DNA of 64,000 nucleotides, taken from Deinococcales bacterium (GTDB lineage: Bacteria > Deinococcota > Deinococci > Deinococcales > JAAFIG01). Location: the NCBI GenBank assembly GCA_031414595.1, contig JANNVX010000075.1, positions 1 through 64,000 of the forward strand, written 5' to 3'. Shown in pieces: positions 1 to 9,631 of this stretch. Each line of letters opens with the position of its first letter. Positions within the stretch are counted from its first letter, which is position 1. The notes under the pieces are model-generated. The model was not told where the DNA came from and did not search any database. It saw only the letters and a program-made list of their open reading frames with translations. Position numbers and translations under genes: made by a program.

Positions 1-135
1 CCATATCACTTGGCGACGAGTTTTTTCTTTGGCATCTTTGCACTGTTTGTAGTGTTTCTCGAGTTCTTCAGTCGTATGGTGGGCGGTTAGAGGTGTGCCT
101 AATCTTGACATTCCTTATTATCTACCTAAAGTTGG
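1..135 (-). mobile_element. Left end of an IS630-family insertion sequence; transposase N-terminus at 111..<1 runs off the window
   Basis: Minus-strand ATG at 111 gives MSRLGTPLTAHHTTEELEKHYKQCKDAKEKTRRQVIW, resembling the N-terminal HTH of IS630 transposases (H..EELE..Y....D..E..R.Q.IW). A TA dinucleotide (IS630 target) lies at 136-137, where the upstream GNAT breaks. Confidence 0.7.
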
Positions 136-587
136 TATAAGCGCGATTCGATCCGTTCCCAAACTTGCACAAAACCGTGTTTCTCGAGCAGATGCAAAGC
201 GGGCAGTTCGTAATCATTGCACATGGCTTGTAATTTATTGGCATTGCCCAGTTGCAATAAATGATTCTGGGCTGTTGTGTACAAAGCAGAGGCAATCCCT
301 TGATTTTGATATTGGGGCAGTATATCTATGCGAATAGAGTATTTTCCTGCTTCATAAAAAAAATCATCATGGGCTATGCGAACCATGCCAACCAACATTT
401 TTTGATTGTTCTCGAGGATTTGGGCTAAAAAGCGCTGCGAATGATGTTTTGGGTCTCGGTTGCGGTCATGGCGCATAAAATCTTCTACATCCATCTGCCA
501 ATCTTCGGTGCTGTTATGGATATTGGCAATGCTTGGGTAGTCTGTTGGGTATTCTGCACGGCGAATCTCGAATGATAATTTTTTCAT
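126..587 (-). pseudogene. GNAT N-acetyltransferase, probably C-terminally truncated by the IS
   Basis: Acetyl-CoA motif PQYQNQGIASALY and LEKHGF; ends at ESRL-YQL*, with the last codons derived from the IS end. Confidence 0.6.
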
Positions 588-740
588 GTGAAAAGTATCT
601 TACACGCCTCAGATTTTATCAATCCGCCTTTTGACGCATTGACCCATTTGGCGTTAAACTGATTTTACAAGGCAACGCTTGTCTAACGGACACGACCTGA
701 AAAAAAAGGGTTGTGTTCATTGTTTTTTTAAGGAGTTTTT

Positions 741-2582
741 ATGGATTGGACAAATTACTTGCATCACGACCACAGCCCGTTTTATCTTTCTAAGCCCGAA
801 GCTGAAGTCGGCGATTCGGTACAGGTTCGTTTACGAGTGCCATTAAACGCCCCGATTAAAAGAATTGATTTGATGACCTTGCGGGTCGGCGATTTTTTTC
901 GCCAAGAAATGAAAGCCTCTAGCCACACCGATAAAAATTGGTTGTACTTTGAAGCCGACATTGAACTTTTGTCACGGCGCAATCTCTATTTCTTTTGGGT
1001 GCATTCGCAAGACCAAAGTATTAAAGTCAGCGCCAGAGGGCTGCAACGTACCAACCCTGCGCTGCGTGACTGGTTTGTCTTTTTAGCCGAGCATCACCGT
1101 CCAGATTGGCTCGAGGACAGGGTTTTTTATCAGATTTTCCCAGACCGATTTTTTAATGGCGACCCAAGTAATAGCGTTAAAACCGCCGAGTACAACTACA
1201 TGGGGAAGCCCGTCCAAGCCATGCCGTGGGAGGCGCTGCCCGAAAAAGAATTTGGTCCTTTGCAACATTGGGGCGGCGACCTTGAAGGGATTCGCCAGAA
1301 ACTGCCGTACCTGACCGATTTAGGGGTCAATGGCTTGTATCTCAATCCGATTTTTACCTCCCCAAGCAATCACCGTTACGACACCCAAAATTATCTCGAG
1401 GTAGACCCGCACCTTGGTGGACAAGCTGCCTTCGATGCGCTCTTAAGCGATGCCAAAGCACAGGGTTTTAAGGTGATTTTAGACGGTGTTTTTAACCATA
1501 CGGGCGAACAAGCCTTAGAATTCAAAAAAGCCCTAGATAATAAGGTCGAAAAGCAAATGTTCACTTTTCGAGCAGATGGCACTTACGAAGCCTTCTTTGG
1601 GGTCAAAACCCTGCCTAAACTCGATTACGACAGCCACCAAACCTATGAACACTTTCTCGAGGGTCACAATGCACCTGTGCGCCACTGGATTCGGGCTGGG
1701 GCAGATGGCTGGCGTTTAGATGTCGCCCATATGATGGGTAAATCCGGCACAGACCGAGGCAACTTAGAAATTCATCGCCGACTTCGTAATGCGGCGCGGC
1801 TCGAGAATCCACAAGCCTGGATTTTTGGTGAACGCTTTTTGGATGCCGAAAGCTACCTCCAAGGCGCGTCCGACCCATATGACCACGACGGCGGCGGCGA
1901 AGACGGCGTGATGAACTATCAAGGCTTTGCCCTGCCGATTACCGATTGGTTAGGACGCAACGACCTTTTTGGCAATACCGTTAATCTCGAGACTCCAGAA
2001 CTGATTGCGGTTCTCGAGGAGAGTTACCGTGTGATTCCCACCCCGATGCGTTTCTCGCACTACAATCTGATTGGTTCGCACGATGTTCCACGAGCCTTAG
2101 AACGCCTAGGCGATATCGAAAAACTCAAAACTGCCTTTGCGCTATTGCTGGCATACCCCGGCGTACCCGGAATTTATTACGGCGATGAAATCGGCTTAAA
2201 AGGTGGCAACGACCCATTCTGCCGCGCTCCGTTCCCGTGGGACGAAAGCCAATGGAATATGGGATTACGCAGTTTTGTACAAAGCCTGATTCGGGCGCGT
2301 AAAAGTTCTAAAGCCCTGCAAGCTGGCGCACTGAAATTCTTAGGGCATCGGGGCGATGCTCTAGCCTTTGCCCGAACCTACACCCACGCCGATGGACGAG
2401 TCGAGAGTGCCTTAATTGGGGTCAACCGAGGCGTAGGCGAAGCCCTGAATTTTAACACTGCCTTGGTTGGTGTCTTTGAAGGCTCATGGACGGATGCAGT
2501 CACAGGCGAGGTTTTCCATGCCAGAGACGGGATTCTTAAAGCTACAGTTTTTCGCCCTCGAGTGCTGCTGCCAATGCTTTAA
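741..2582 (+). CDS. GH13 alpha-glycosidase (maltodextrin glucosidase/neopullulanase-like)
   Basis: FYQIFPDRF, GGDLEGI, DGVFNH, GWRLDVA, GSHD, YYGDE motifs; AAGGAG RBS. Confidence 0.92.
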   Translation: MDWTNYLHHDHSPFYLSKPEAEVGDSVQVRLRVPLNAPIKRIDLMTLRVGDFFRQEMKASSHTDKNWLYFEADIELLSRRNLYFFWVHSQDQSIKVSARGLQRTNPALRDWFVFLAEHHRPDWLEDRVFYQIFPDRFFNGDPSNSVKTAEYNYMGKPVQAMPWEALPEKEFGPLQHWGGDLEGIRQKLPYLTDLGVNGLYLNPIFTSPSNHRYDTQNYLEVDPHLGGQAAFDALLSDAKAQGFKVILDGVFNHTGEQALEFKKALDNKVEKQMFTFRADGTYEAFFGVKTLPKLDYDSHQTYEHFLEGHNAPVRHWIRAGADGWRLDVAHMMGKSGTDRGNLEIHRRLRNAARLENPQAWIFGERFLDAESYLQGASDPYDHDGGGEDGVMNYQGFALPITDWLGRNDLFGNTVNLETPELIAVLEESYRVIPTPMRFSHYNLIGSHDVPRALERLGDIEKLKTAFALLLAYPGVPGIYYGDEIGLKGGNDPFCRAPFPWDESQWNMGLRSFVQSLIRARKSSKALQAGALKFLGHRGDALAFARTYTHADGRVESALIGVNRGVGEALNFNTALVGVFEGSWTDAVTGEVFHARDGILKATVFRPRVLLPML

Positions 2583-4099
2583 GCCGTTGCCCAGCCAGTA
2601 ATCTGTTTTTTCTCGAGGTCAAAACGCACCCCAACTTTCACCACGGGTCTCGAGAAACTACTGGCATAACCAACGGCATCAATTTGCTTTAAGGCACTTT
2701 TGGCTGTGCCTTTAATCTTAAATTCAAAAATAATGCTGTGGGTTAGCGTCTCGAGTACGGTGTCTATTCGCCCATTCGCGGTTTGCACTTGGCTTTGGGT
2801 TCTGTATCCTGTGCCTATCAGCATGAGATGCACTAGCGAATGAATGTAATCTTCTTTGGCTGGAAAAATTTCGTAAGGTATTCCAGCTAAAACTCGGTTA
2901 ATCGTGGCAAAAAATACATCCCAATTCAACCGTGTGACCGCCCGTTGCAACTCGAGACTAAAGCCACCAATAAAACTGGGTACGCTATGGCTGTACTCGC
3001 CAAGTAAACTACTCGAGAAAGCCTGACGAACTTCTTCATTCGGATATGCCAGTGTGTAGCGCGTTCCGAGACCATCTGATTCAATCTTTTGAATCGTTAG
3101 ATACCCCGTTTGGAACATCAAGCCCAAGGGGTCAATGTGTTCGACATTAGTGGCAACCAGAGCAGAATCAGGCAATTCAAGATGCTCAAAAACAAAAGGG
3201 TTTATCTGAGCGGCGCGAATCAGTTCAAGTAGAAAAGTGGGTGTGCCAGTCTCGTACCAGTATGACCTAAAATTGGGTTGCTCGAGAAAGAGTAAAAACG
3301 AAAACGGACAGTAGACTTTCTGTACTGCATCCCATGAATACCCATTGTACCAATAGCGAATTAAATCCATAAAAACCTCGAGTTCAAGGTTTTTTTCAAG
3401 CGCAATTGCCCCCAGTCGGTCAGCAAAAGAAATTCTTATTTCGCTTTCAGTATAACCACAAGCCACTGCAAATTTTTTGTTTAAGCTGATGTCCTGCAAA
3501 TTATTGAGGTCAGAGAATAAGCTGAGCTTGCCAATTTTAGAAACGCCAGTCAGTAAAACCAAATGCAAGTATTCATCGAGCGGTTTAAGCACACCATAAA
3601 CACTTTTCAAGACCGCTTGATGCTTGTTGCGTTCGCTTGGCTCGAGTAAATAATCGGTGATTGGTTTATCGTACTCATCTATTAGCACCACCACACGTCC
3701 TTGAACAGACAGCAAACGAATCAGTTCTTCAAAAGCGGCTTTGGCTGTATTCTGCTCAAGTTGTATCCTGTACTCAGAGGCGGTTAAGCGAAAATCCTCG
3801 AGTAAAGAATCTTCCAAACTGCGCTCACGGTAATCAAGTTTAGAAAAGTCAAGTCGAATGATTGGGCGAGGCTTGAAATCAAAGTTATCTTCGAGCCAAA
3901 GACCCGCAAATAAGTCTTTGCGCCCCATAAACGCAGCCTTTAAGGTGGAAAGTAATAACGACTTCCCGAACCGACGCGGACGCGCTAAGAAAAATACTCC
4001 ACCCTGCATAAACTCTTGGAAATACATGGTTTTGTCCACGTAAACATAGTCACTTTCGCGGATTTTAGTAAAATCTTGAATGCCAATCGGGAGACGCAT
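2579..4099 (-). CDS. AAA-ATPase-like protein with C-terminal PD-(D/E)xK nuclease domain
   Basis: LPIGIQDF, YVDKT, RPRRFGKSL, IDEYDKP, YWYETGTP, GRID...IFEFK; start placed at MRLPIG. Confidence 0.88.
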   Translation of the reverse strand: MRLPIGIQDFTKIRESDYVYVDKTMYFQEFMQGGVFFLARPRRFGKSLLLSTLKAAFMGRKDLFAGLWLEDNFDFKPRPIIRLDFSKLDYRERSLEDSLLEDFRLTASEYRIQLEQNTAKAAFEELIRLLSVQGRVVVLIDEYDKPITDYLLEPSERNKHQAVLKSVYGVLKPLDEYLHLVLLTGVSKIGKLSLFSDLNNLQDISLNKKFAVACGYTESEIRISFADRLGAIALEKNLELEVFMDLIRYWYNGYSWDAVQKVYCPFSFLLFLEQPNFRSYWYETGTPTFLLELIRAAQINPFVFEHLELPDSALVATNVEHIDPLGLMFQTGYLTIQKIESDGLGTRYTLAYPNEEVRQAFSSSLLGEYSHSVPSFIGGFSLELQRAVTRLNWDVFFATINRVLAGIPYEIFPAKEDYIHSLVHLMLIGTGYRTQSQVQTANGRIDTVLETLTHSIIFEFKIKGTAKSALKQIDAVGYASSFSRPVVKVGVRFDLEKKQITGWATA

Positions 4100-4159
4100 G
4101 AGGTATTTTACCTGATGACGGTGAGCCTCTTCCCTCGAGCGCATCTTTATGGTTTAAGA

Positions 4160-4191
4160 AAACCCCCACCGTCTCGAGACGGTGGGGGTTT
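4160..4191 (-). terminator. Intrinsic terminator of the tRNA operon (perfect 32-bp palindrome centred on CTCGAG)
   Basis: AAACCCCCACCGTCTCGAGACGGTGGGGGTTT with a T-run on the minus strand, directly after tRNA-Arg. Confidence 0.85.
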
Positions 4192-4194
4192 GAG

Positions 4195-4271
<77 letters not shown>

Positions 4272-4309
4272 TTGTTTGGCTGCCTACCGTTTGCTAGACG
4301 GGGTGTTAC

Positions 4310-4401
4310 TGGCGGAGGGAGAGAGATTCGAACTCTCGGTACAAATTTCTTCGTACGACGGTTTAGCAAACCGTTGGTTTCAACCGCTCACCCATCCCTC
4401 C
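4310..4401 (-). tRNA. tRNA-Ser(GCT)
   Basis: GGAGGGATGG...ACGGT-TTGCTAA-ACCGT, long variable arm, GTTCGAATC, CCA. Confidence 0.96.
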
Positions 4402-4427
4402 AAGGATAGTTCTTGGGATTCATGGTC

Positions 4428-4517
4428 TGGCGGAGGGTGAGGGATTCGAACCCCCGGTAGAGTTCCCCCTACTACAGTTTTCAAGACTGTCGCCTTCAAC
4501 CGCTCGGCCAACCCTCC
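4428..4517 (-). tRNA. tRNA-Ser(TGA)
   Basis: GGAGGGTTGG...ACAGT-CTTGAAA-ACTGT, long variable arm, GTTCGAATC, CCA. Confidence 0.96.
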
Positions 4518-4553
4518 TCAAGAGAGCCGCACTTTTTGACAAGTGCGAGCGAG

Positions 4554-4582
4554 AGTGTATCAGGCTTGTGAGGGCGTGTCAA
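4554..4582 (-). promoter_or_regulatory. Sigma70-type promoter of the tRNA operon
   Basis: TTGACA-17nt-TACACT on the minus strand. Confidence 0.85.
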
Positions 4583-4625
4583 CAGGTGGAATGGTGTGGT
4601 GACTTGAGGGTATAATTATATTTAG

Positions 4626-5063
4626 ATGATTGAAGGCTTTTTAGGTTCGGAACGGTTCGAGGTTAAGGTTCGTCTCGAGGGTGATAAATTACTTGGGCGT
4701 GTTGGTGGCGCATTGATGGCTCGAGATGTAAAACTCGATTTGACAGCCACAGGTGTGACTGGGCGGGTTGGTGGCTCAAATGGTTTTGATGTGCGCTTAA
4801 GTTTAGAGGGCGGCGAACTGATTGGTTTTGTCGGTAACGACCCGATTGCCATGCGTGGTGTGGATGTGGTGGTCGGTACGCTGGGTGATGGTTTTTCGGC
4901 ACAAGAATTTGGCGCTCGGCAGTCGGGGTCTAGGTTAATCGGCAGCATTGGTGGGTTACTCGGTAAGCCGTTTAGCTTGGAGTTAGGGCAAGCCCCCGGC
5001 TGGTTGGGGGTGCTGGTGGTGCTGGTGGCGTTTTATGCCCTCGAGAAACACAAGAGTGCTTAG
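4626..5063 (+). CDS. Hypothetical Gly-rich protein with C-terminal hydrophobic helix
   Basis: 145-aa ORF, repeated GRVGG motifs, TATAAT just upstream. Confidence 0.7.
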   Translation: MIEGFLGSERFEVKVRLEGDKLLGRVGGALMARDVKLDLTATGVTGRVGGSNGFDVRLSLEGGELIGFVGNDPIAMRGVDVVVGTLGDGFSAQEFGARQSGSRLIGSIGGLLGKPFSLELGQAPGWLGVLVVLVAFYALEKHKSA

Positions 5064-5708
5064 ATGAACTTAGCAGGTGATTCAACCAAAAGCCGTGTCT
5101 TGTACGCCTTGCGTGGCTCTGGTGGTGGGACAGCCAACCATGTGGCGCACATCCTAGGAGTCAGTATTCCTGCCGCTAGACGACACCTGATGGACTTAGA
5201 AGCCGATGGTTTACTCGAGTCGAAGGTTTACCGTCAGGCTGGGCGGGGTCGTCCGCAGCATGTTTTTCGGGTATCACAAGCAGGTGAGTCGCATTTTCCA
5301 ACCCGTTATGCCCAACTCTGTACCGATATTTTAGAGCATATCGAACGCTTGTACGGTACTGGGGCAGTGTTGTCGGTGCTGGACAGCCGCAATATGGTTT
5401 TACTCGAGCAGTGGCAACCGCGTATTCAAGGTTCACTCGAGGCTCGGGTGCAATCTTTATGCGAAATTTTAAGTGAGCTTGGGTATCAAGCCAGTCTCGA
5501 GCCGCATGCCTTGGGTTGGGTTTTGGTGCAGAGCAATTGTCCAAATTTGGATGTAGCGCGGGCATTTGAGGCAATGTGCAGCAGCGAATCGGCATTGTAT
5601 CAGCAGCTTCTAAACACAGTTGTCAAACGTGAAACTCGGGTCTTGGATGGCTCGAGGGCTTGTCGGTATTTGATTGAGCGTTCATCGGACGGTGTGATTG
5701 AGCGCTAG
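5064..5708 (+). CDS. HTH transcriptional regulator, SufR/ArsR-like, with Cys-containing sensor domain
   Basis: HTH ending ARRHLMDLEADGL, GRGRP wing, NCP...C...C motif. Confidence 0.82.
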   Translation: MNLAGDSTKSRVLYALRGSGGGTANHVAHILGVSIPAARRHLMDLEADGLLESKVYRQAGRGRPQHVFRVSQAGESHFPTRYAQLCTDILEHIERLYGTGAVLSVLDSRNMVLLEQWQPRIQGSLEARVQSLCEILSELGYQASLEPHALGWVLVQSNCPNLDVARAFEAMCSSESALYQQLLNTVVKRETRVLDGSRACRYLIERSSDGVIER

Positions 5709-6721
5709 TCGGTCTCTTCTTGGTGCATGGTGCTTTTGCGTTCGATTAAACGTGGTTCAAAACGCACTTGACGTGGGATGCCTTCGTACCCACTCAGGCG
5801 TTCAATCAGTAACTCGGCGGCGGTTGCCCCCATCGCTTCGACAGGTTGGTGCAAGGTGGTTAGACCACGGGCTTTTGCCCAAGGATGGTCGTCAAAACCA
5901 ATGATTCGGACATCACGTCCGATTTCGAGGTTGCGGGCGGTGGCTTCGTCCATCACCGCAAGCGCCACCAAATCGGCGGCGGCAAAAATGTTGACTGGAA
6001 AAGTTGCCGTCTCGAGAATGCGTTGTGCCGCAGTTCGGGCATTGTTAAGGTCAAAGGTGATGGTTTGAATGTTCTGGTCTGGAATGGGGCGCTTGGCTGT
6101 CTCGAGGGCGCGTTTGAAGCCCCGCATTCGGTCTTGGAAGACGGTGTTTTTGAAGACTTCATCAAGGTCTTGGTGAACACTAATCGCATAAATATCGCCG
6201 TTTAAGGCAGCTAAGGCATTGGCAGCCAATTCGCCGCCAAGTTCGTTGTCTAAGAAAATACTGTCGTAATGTGGGCTGCTTCCGTCCACGATCACCACGG
6301 GTTGACGGGTCGGTAATTTACCATCGGGGTATAAATCCCCTAAGTTGTGGCTTGCCATGACAATCCCATCCGATTGATACGCGAGGGTACTCGAGTTGAG
6401 GTAACGCTCTAAGCGTTCGCGTCCGATGAGTGGAAACAGGGCGCTGTCGTAGCGGTGTGTTTCTAAGGTTTTCTCGAGTCCCGACAGCAAGCGAATATAA
6501 AATTCTGTGCCGACGACTTGTAAAATAATGCTGACGCTGTAACTTTTGCCACCCGCCACACGCCGAGCATGTGGGTTAGGGATAAAACCAAGTTCCTGCA
6601 TGGCGCTGCTGACCCGTTCACGGGTTTCTGGGCGTACAGATTTATGGTTGTTTAAGACCCGTGAAACTGTTCCTACGCCTACGCCAGCTTTATCGGCGAC
6701 TTCTTGGATGGTCAGTTTCAT
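5705..6721 (-). CDS. LacI-family transcriptional regulator
   Basis: TIQEVADKAGVGVGTVSRVLN, IIGFDD, LTTLHQP; AAGGAG RBS before MKLTIQ. Confidence 0.93.
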   Translation of the reverse strand: MKLTIQEVADKAGVGVGTVSRVLNNHKSVRPETRERVSSAMQELGFIPNPHARRVAGGKSYSVSIILQVVGTEFYIRLLSGLEKTLETHRYDSALFPLIGRERLERYLNSSTLAYQSDGIVMASHNLGDLYPDGKLPTRQPVVIVDGSSPHYDSIFLDNELGGELAANALAALNGDIYAISVHQDLDEVFKNTVFQDRMRGFKRALETAKRPIPDQNIQTITFDLNNARTAAQRILETATFPVNIFAAADLVALAVMDEATARNLEIGRDVRIIGFDDHPWAKARGLTTLHQPVEAMGATAAELLIERLSGYEGIPRQVRFEPRLIERKSTMHQEETD

Positions 6722-6930
6722 GGTCTCCTTGTAAAATTTTGAGAGAATGCCGAGCAAAACTCCAAGATGAACTTTGCAGCTTCACATTATATTGGTAACA
6801 TCTTAGCACCCATGAATCTGAGGTTATACAAAATTATAAAAAATAAGTGCAAACCTACGCTTTGGTCTGCCATAAAAAAGTTCCGTGTAAAGTCGGTCAT
6901 TGTGGCAAACCAGACAGGTTAAAATCCCCT

Positions 6931-7845
6931 GTGGTTTTTTTCTTTGCTCGAGTCTTACAAAGTGTATTGGTGCTGTGGTTGGTAGGCACAATTGCTTTTG
7001 CTGCACTGCACTTAACAGGTGATCCAATTGCCCTACTCAGCGCCGAGGATGCCACACCACTCGAGCGCCAAGCCTTGCGCCAAGCCTACGGTTTTGATCA
7101 ACCCGTGTTTATTCAATACCTGATTTTTCTAAAAAATGCCGTCAGTGGTCATTTGGGCAATTCATTCTACAGCCCCCGCCCTGCCATGCACTTGTTGCTC
7201 GAGCGTTTACCCGCCACATTACTTTTGGTCTTGATTGGGCTAAGCCTAGCCATGTGTCTGGGCGTTCCACTGGGTATTTACTGTGCGGCTCGAGTCGGTT
7301 CAAAACTTGATAATGCCATTCAAAGTCTCAGCAGTCTACTTTTAAGCGCCCCGACTTTCTGGATTGGGATTTTGCTGATTCAAATTTTTGCCGTCAATTG
7401 GCGGTTTTTACCCTCGCAAGGCAGTGGTACATTGGCACACTTAATTTTACCCGCCATTACCTTAGCGCTCCCTCGAGCCGCCGTGTACACCCAAATTCTG
7501 CGCTTGCAACTGCTCGAGGTGCTTGGTCAAGATTTTATTCGCACCGCTTACGCCAAAGGGGTTTTCGAGCGGCGTGTGTTGTACCATCATGCTCTTAAAA
7601 ATGCCCTGATTCCTTTTGTGACGGTTTTTGGAATGCAATTGGCAGGCTTGCTGTCTGGCGCAGTGATTGTCGAGAATTTATTCGCCTACCCCGGAATGAA
7701 CCGTGTGGCACTTGATGCAATCAACCGTTTGGACATGCCCGTGATTCTGGCGTTTGTGCTGCTTAGCGCTCTGGTCTATGCGGTGGTCAATTTACTGACC
7801 GATATTTCTTACGGGTTAATAGACCCTCGAGTTCGTTATGAATAG
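6931..7845 (+). CDS. Peptide/nickel ABC transporter permease (DppB-like)
   Basis: DQPVFIQY, FIRTAYAKG, GAVIVENLF, DPRVRY; probable leaderless GTG at 6931 after TAAAAT. Confidence 0.88.
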   Translation: MVFFFARVLQSVLVLWLVGTIAFAALHLTGDPIALLSAEDATPLERQALRQAYGFDQPVFIQYLIFLKNAVSGHLGNSFYSPRPAMHLLLERLPATLLLVLIGLSLAMCLGVPLGIYCAARVGSKLDNAIQSLSSLLLSAPTFWIGILLIQIFAVNWRFLPSQGSGTLAHLILPAITLALPRAAVYTQILRLQLLEVLGQDFIRTAYAKGVFERRVLYHHALKNALIPFVTVFGMQLAGLLSGAVIVENLFAYPGMNRVALDAINRLDMPVILAFVLLSALVYAVVNLLTDISYGLIDPRVRYE

Positions 7846-8680
7846 TCTGGCTCGAGTTTTTATTCCCCTAATTGGATTGGTTTTATTGGCTATTTTTGTG
7901 CCGTTTTTCTTGCCGAATCCCAATGTCCAGAATTTGCTCGAGACCTTGCGCCCGCCATTTGTGAATTGGCAGTACCCACTCGGCACAGACGAACTCGGAC
8001 GCGACCTGTTGACTCAACTGCTGCATGGGCTACGGGTTTCGTTGCTGGTGGGCTTATTGTGTAGCCTGATTTCAGCCTGTATTGGTGTACCACTGGGCTT
8101 AATCGCTGGCTTACGCGGTGCATGGCTCGAGACCATTATTATGCGAGCCACCGAAGTACAAATGGCATTGCCGACGGTACTGCTGGCATTGGTCACACTG
8201 GCAATTCTTGGGGCTGGACTGAGTAATCTGATTATTGTAATCGGTGTTTTTGGCTGGGCTGGATTTGCTCGGTACACCCGCGCCACCGTGTTGGTACAAC
8301 GCCAACTCGAGTATGTGCTGGCAGCCAAAGCCCTTGGCGCAAACGACCACCGCACGGTACTGCGCCATATCCTACCCAATGTCGCCAGTGGCATCCTGTT
8401 ACAAATCAGTTTGGATTTTCCGCAGAACATCATGCTCGAAGCCAGTCTTTCTTTTCTTGGGGTGGGGGTCGGTGTGGATACTCCAAGCCTAGGGGCAATG
8501 GTCTCGAGGGGTTATGTGCATCTGTTTAGTGGCGCGTGGTGGCTGAGTTTTCTGCCCGGCGGACTGATTATGCTTTTGGTCTGGACGGTGACTGCCGCAA
8601 GCGAAAAAATTCGGGTTCTGACCGACCCTCGAATACGAGTTATCACCGACCCTCGAGTCAAAAACAGATTATTTTTTTAA
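7838..8680 (+). CDS. Peptide/nickel ABC transporter permease (DppC-like)
   Basis: LGTDELGRD, EYVLAAKALGA, RHILPN, SFLGVG. Confidence 0.9.
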   Translation: MNSLARVFIPLIGLVLLAIFVPFFLPNPNVQNLLETLRPPFVNWQYPLGTDELGRDLLTQLLHGLRVSLLVGLLCSLISACIGVPLGLIAGLRGAWLETIIMRATEVQMALPTVLLALVTLAILGAGLSNLIIVIGVFGWAGFARYTRATVLVQRQLEYVLAAKALGANDHRTVLRHILPNVASGILLQISLDFPQNIMLEASLSFLGVGVGVDTPSLGAMVSRGYVHLFSGAWWLSFLPGGLIMLLVWTVTAASEKIRVLTDPRIRVITDPRVKNRLFF

Positions 8681-9199
8681 GAGCATACTGGTAAAATGCT
8701 TACGGGCTTTAGCCACTTTTGGTGCAACCACACCCATACAGTACGGCTGAAAAGGATTGCGGGCAAAATAATTTTGATGGTACGTCTCGGCGCTGTAAAA
8801 CTTCTCGAGCGGTATCAGTTGGGTCACAATCGGCTTGTCGTAAACACTCGAGAAAGCGCTTATGGCTTCTTTGGCGGTTTCAACTTGTAAATTTGAATGG
8901 GTCAGGATAATACTGCGGTAACTCTCGCCAATGTCGTTGCCTTGGCGGTTCAGAGTGGTTGGGTCATGAATTGTAAAAAAGACATTCAGTAAATCACGGT
9001 ACGAAATGATGCTGTTGTCAAACTCAACTTGGGTCACTTCGGCATGACCGGTGGTTTCACTGCACACCGCTTGGTAGGTCGGATTGCTGGTATGTCCACC
9101 CGCGTAACCACTGACCACACCTTTAACCCCTTGAAGCTCGAGAAAAACCGCCTCGAGACACCAAAAGCAGCCACCACCCAAAGTTGCAGTTTCAATCAT
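8669..9199 (-). CDS. msrA: Peptide-methionine (S)-S-oxide reductase
   Basis: GGCFWCLE, GYAGG, HDPTTLNRQGND, AETYHQNY. Confidence 0.96.
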   Translation of the reverse strand: MIETATLGGGCFWCLEAVFLELQGVKGVVSGYAGGHTSNPTYQAVCSETTGHAEVTQVEFDNSIISYRDLLNVFFTIHDPTTLNRQGNDIGESYRSIILTHSNLQVETAKEAISAFSSVYDKPIVTQLIPLEKFYSAETYHQNYFARNPFQPYCMGVVAPKVAKARKHFTSMLLKK

Positions 9200-9367
9200 G
9201 CTCTTAGCATAGGCGTAAGTATGGCATCAAAAAAGGGTCAAGCGTTGCCCTTTAGGCATTTTCTTAAGGTTTAAGTTTAACTCAAGAAGTAAGCTCTCAG
9301 GCACTCCCCATAGGTATCAGGCTAATCACAAAAGCCTTCCAGTACACAAAGAATCACCGTCAGTTAG

Positions 9368-9550
9368 CCCCTCTCCCGACTCGCAAGCTCGCCACCCTCC
9401 CCCAAGCGAAGCGTAGTTTGGGGGAGGGTTTGGAAAGGGGTTTTGACCTGCGTTTCGTCCCCAATCTGTAACAACAAGACAAACCGAAAAACCCTCTCCC
9501 GCGCTTTTTGGCGGGATGAGGGTAACGAGCCTAAGCGAGTTGGGTGAGGG
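9368..9550. repeat. Two inverted copies of a ~60-bp BoxC-like structured intergenic element
   Basis: CCCTCTCCCGACTCGCAAGCTCGCCACCCTCCCCC..GGGGGAGGG (+) versus CCCTCACCCAACTCGCTTAGGCTCGTTACCCTCATCCCGC..GCGGGAGAGGG (-). Confidence 0.65.
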
Positions 9551-9631
9551 TTGAACCGCGTTGATGCCCAATCATTCTCGAGACTTGGATTTTTATCGTG
9601 CGGCACTACCAATTATTTGAAAATCCAAACA

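Noticed and set aside
668-686. LacI-type operator upstream of the GH13 gene (similar to 9237-9250)
   Set aside because: Weak imperfect palindrome; the second copy precedes unrelated msrA; cannot be supported.
6931-8680. Incomplete ABC systems lacking ATPase genes as a novelty
   Set aside because: Shared, distantly encoded ATPases are common.
9326-9612. Short ORFs across the repeat region (also 4016-4297 over tRNA-Arg and 15393-15617)
   Set aside because: They are translations of repeats or tRNA sequence.
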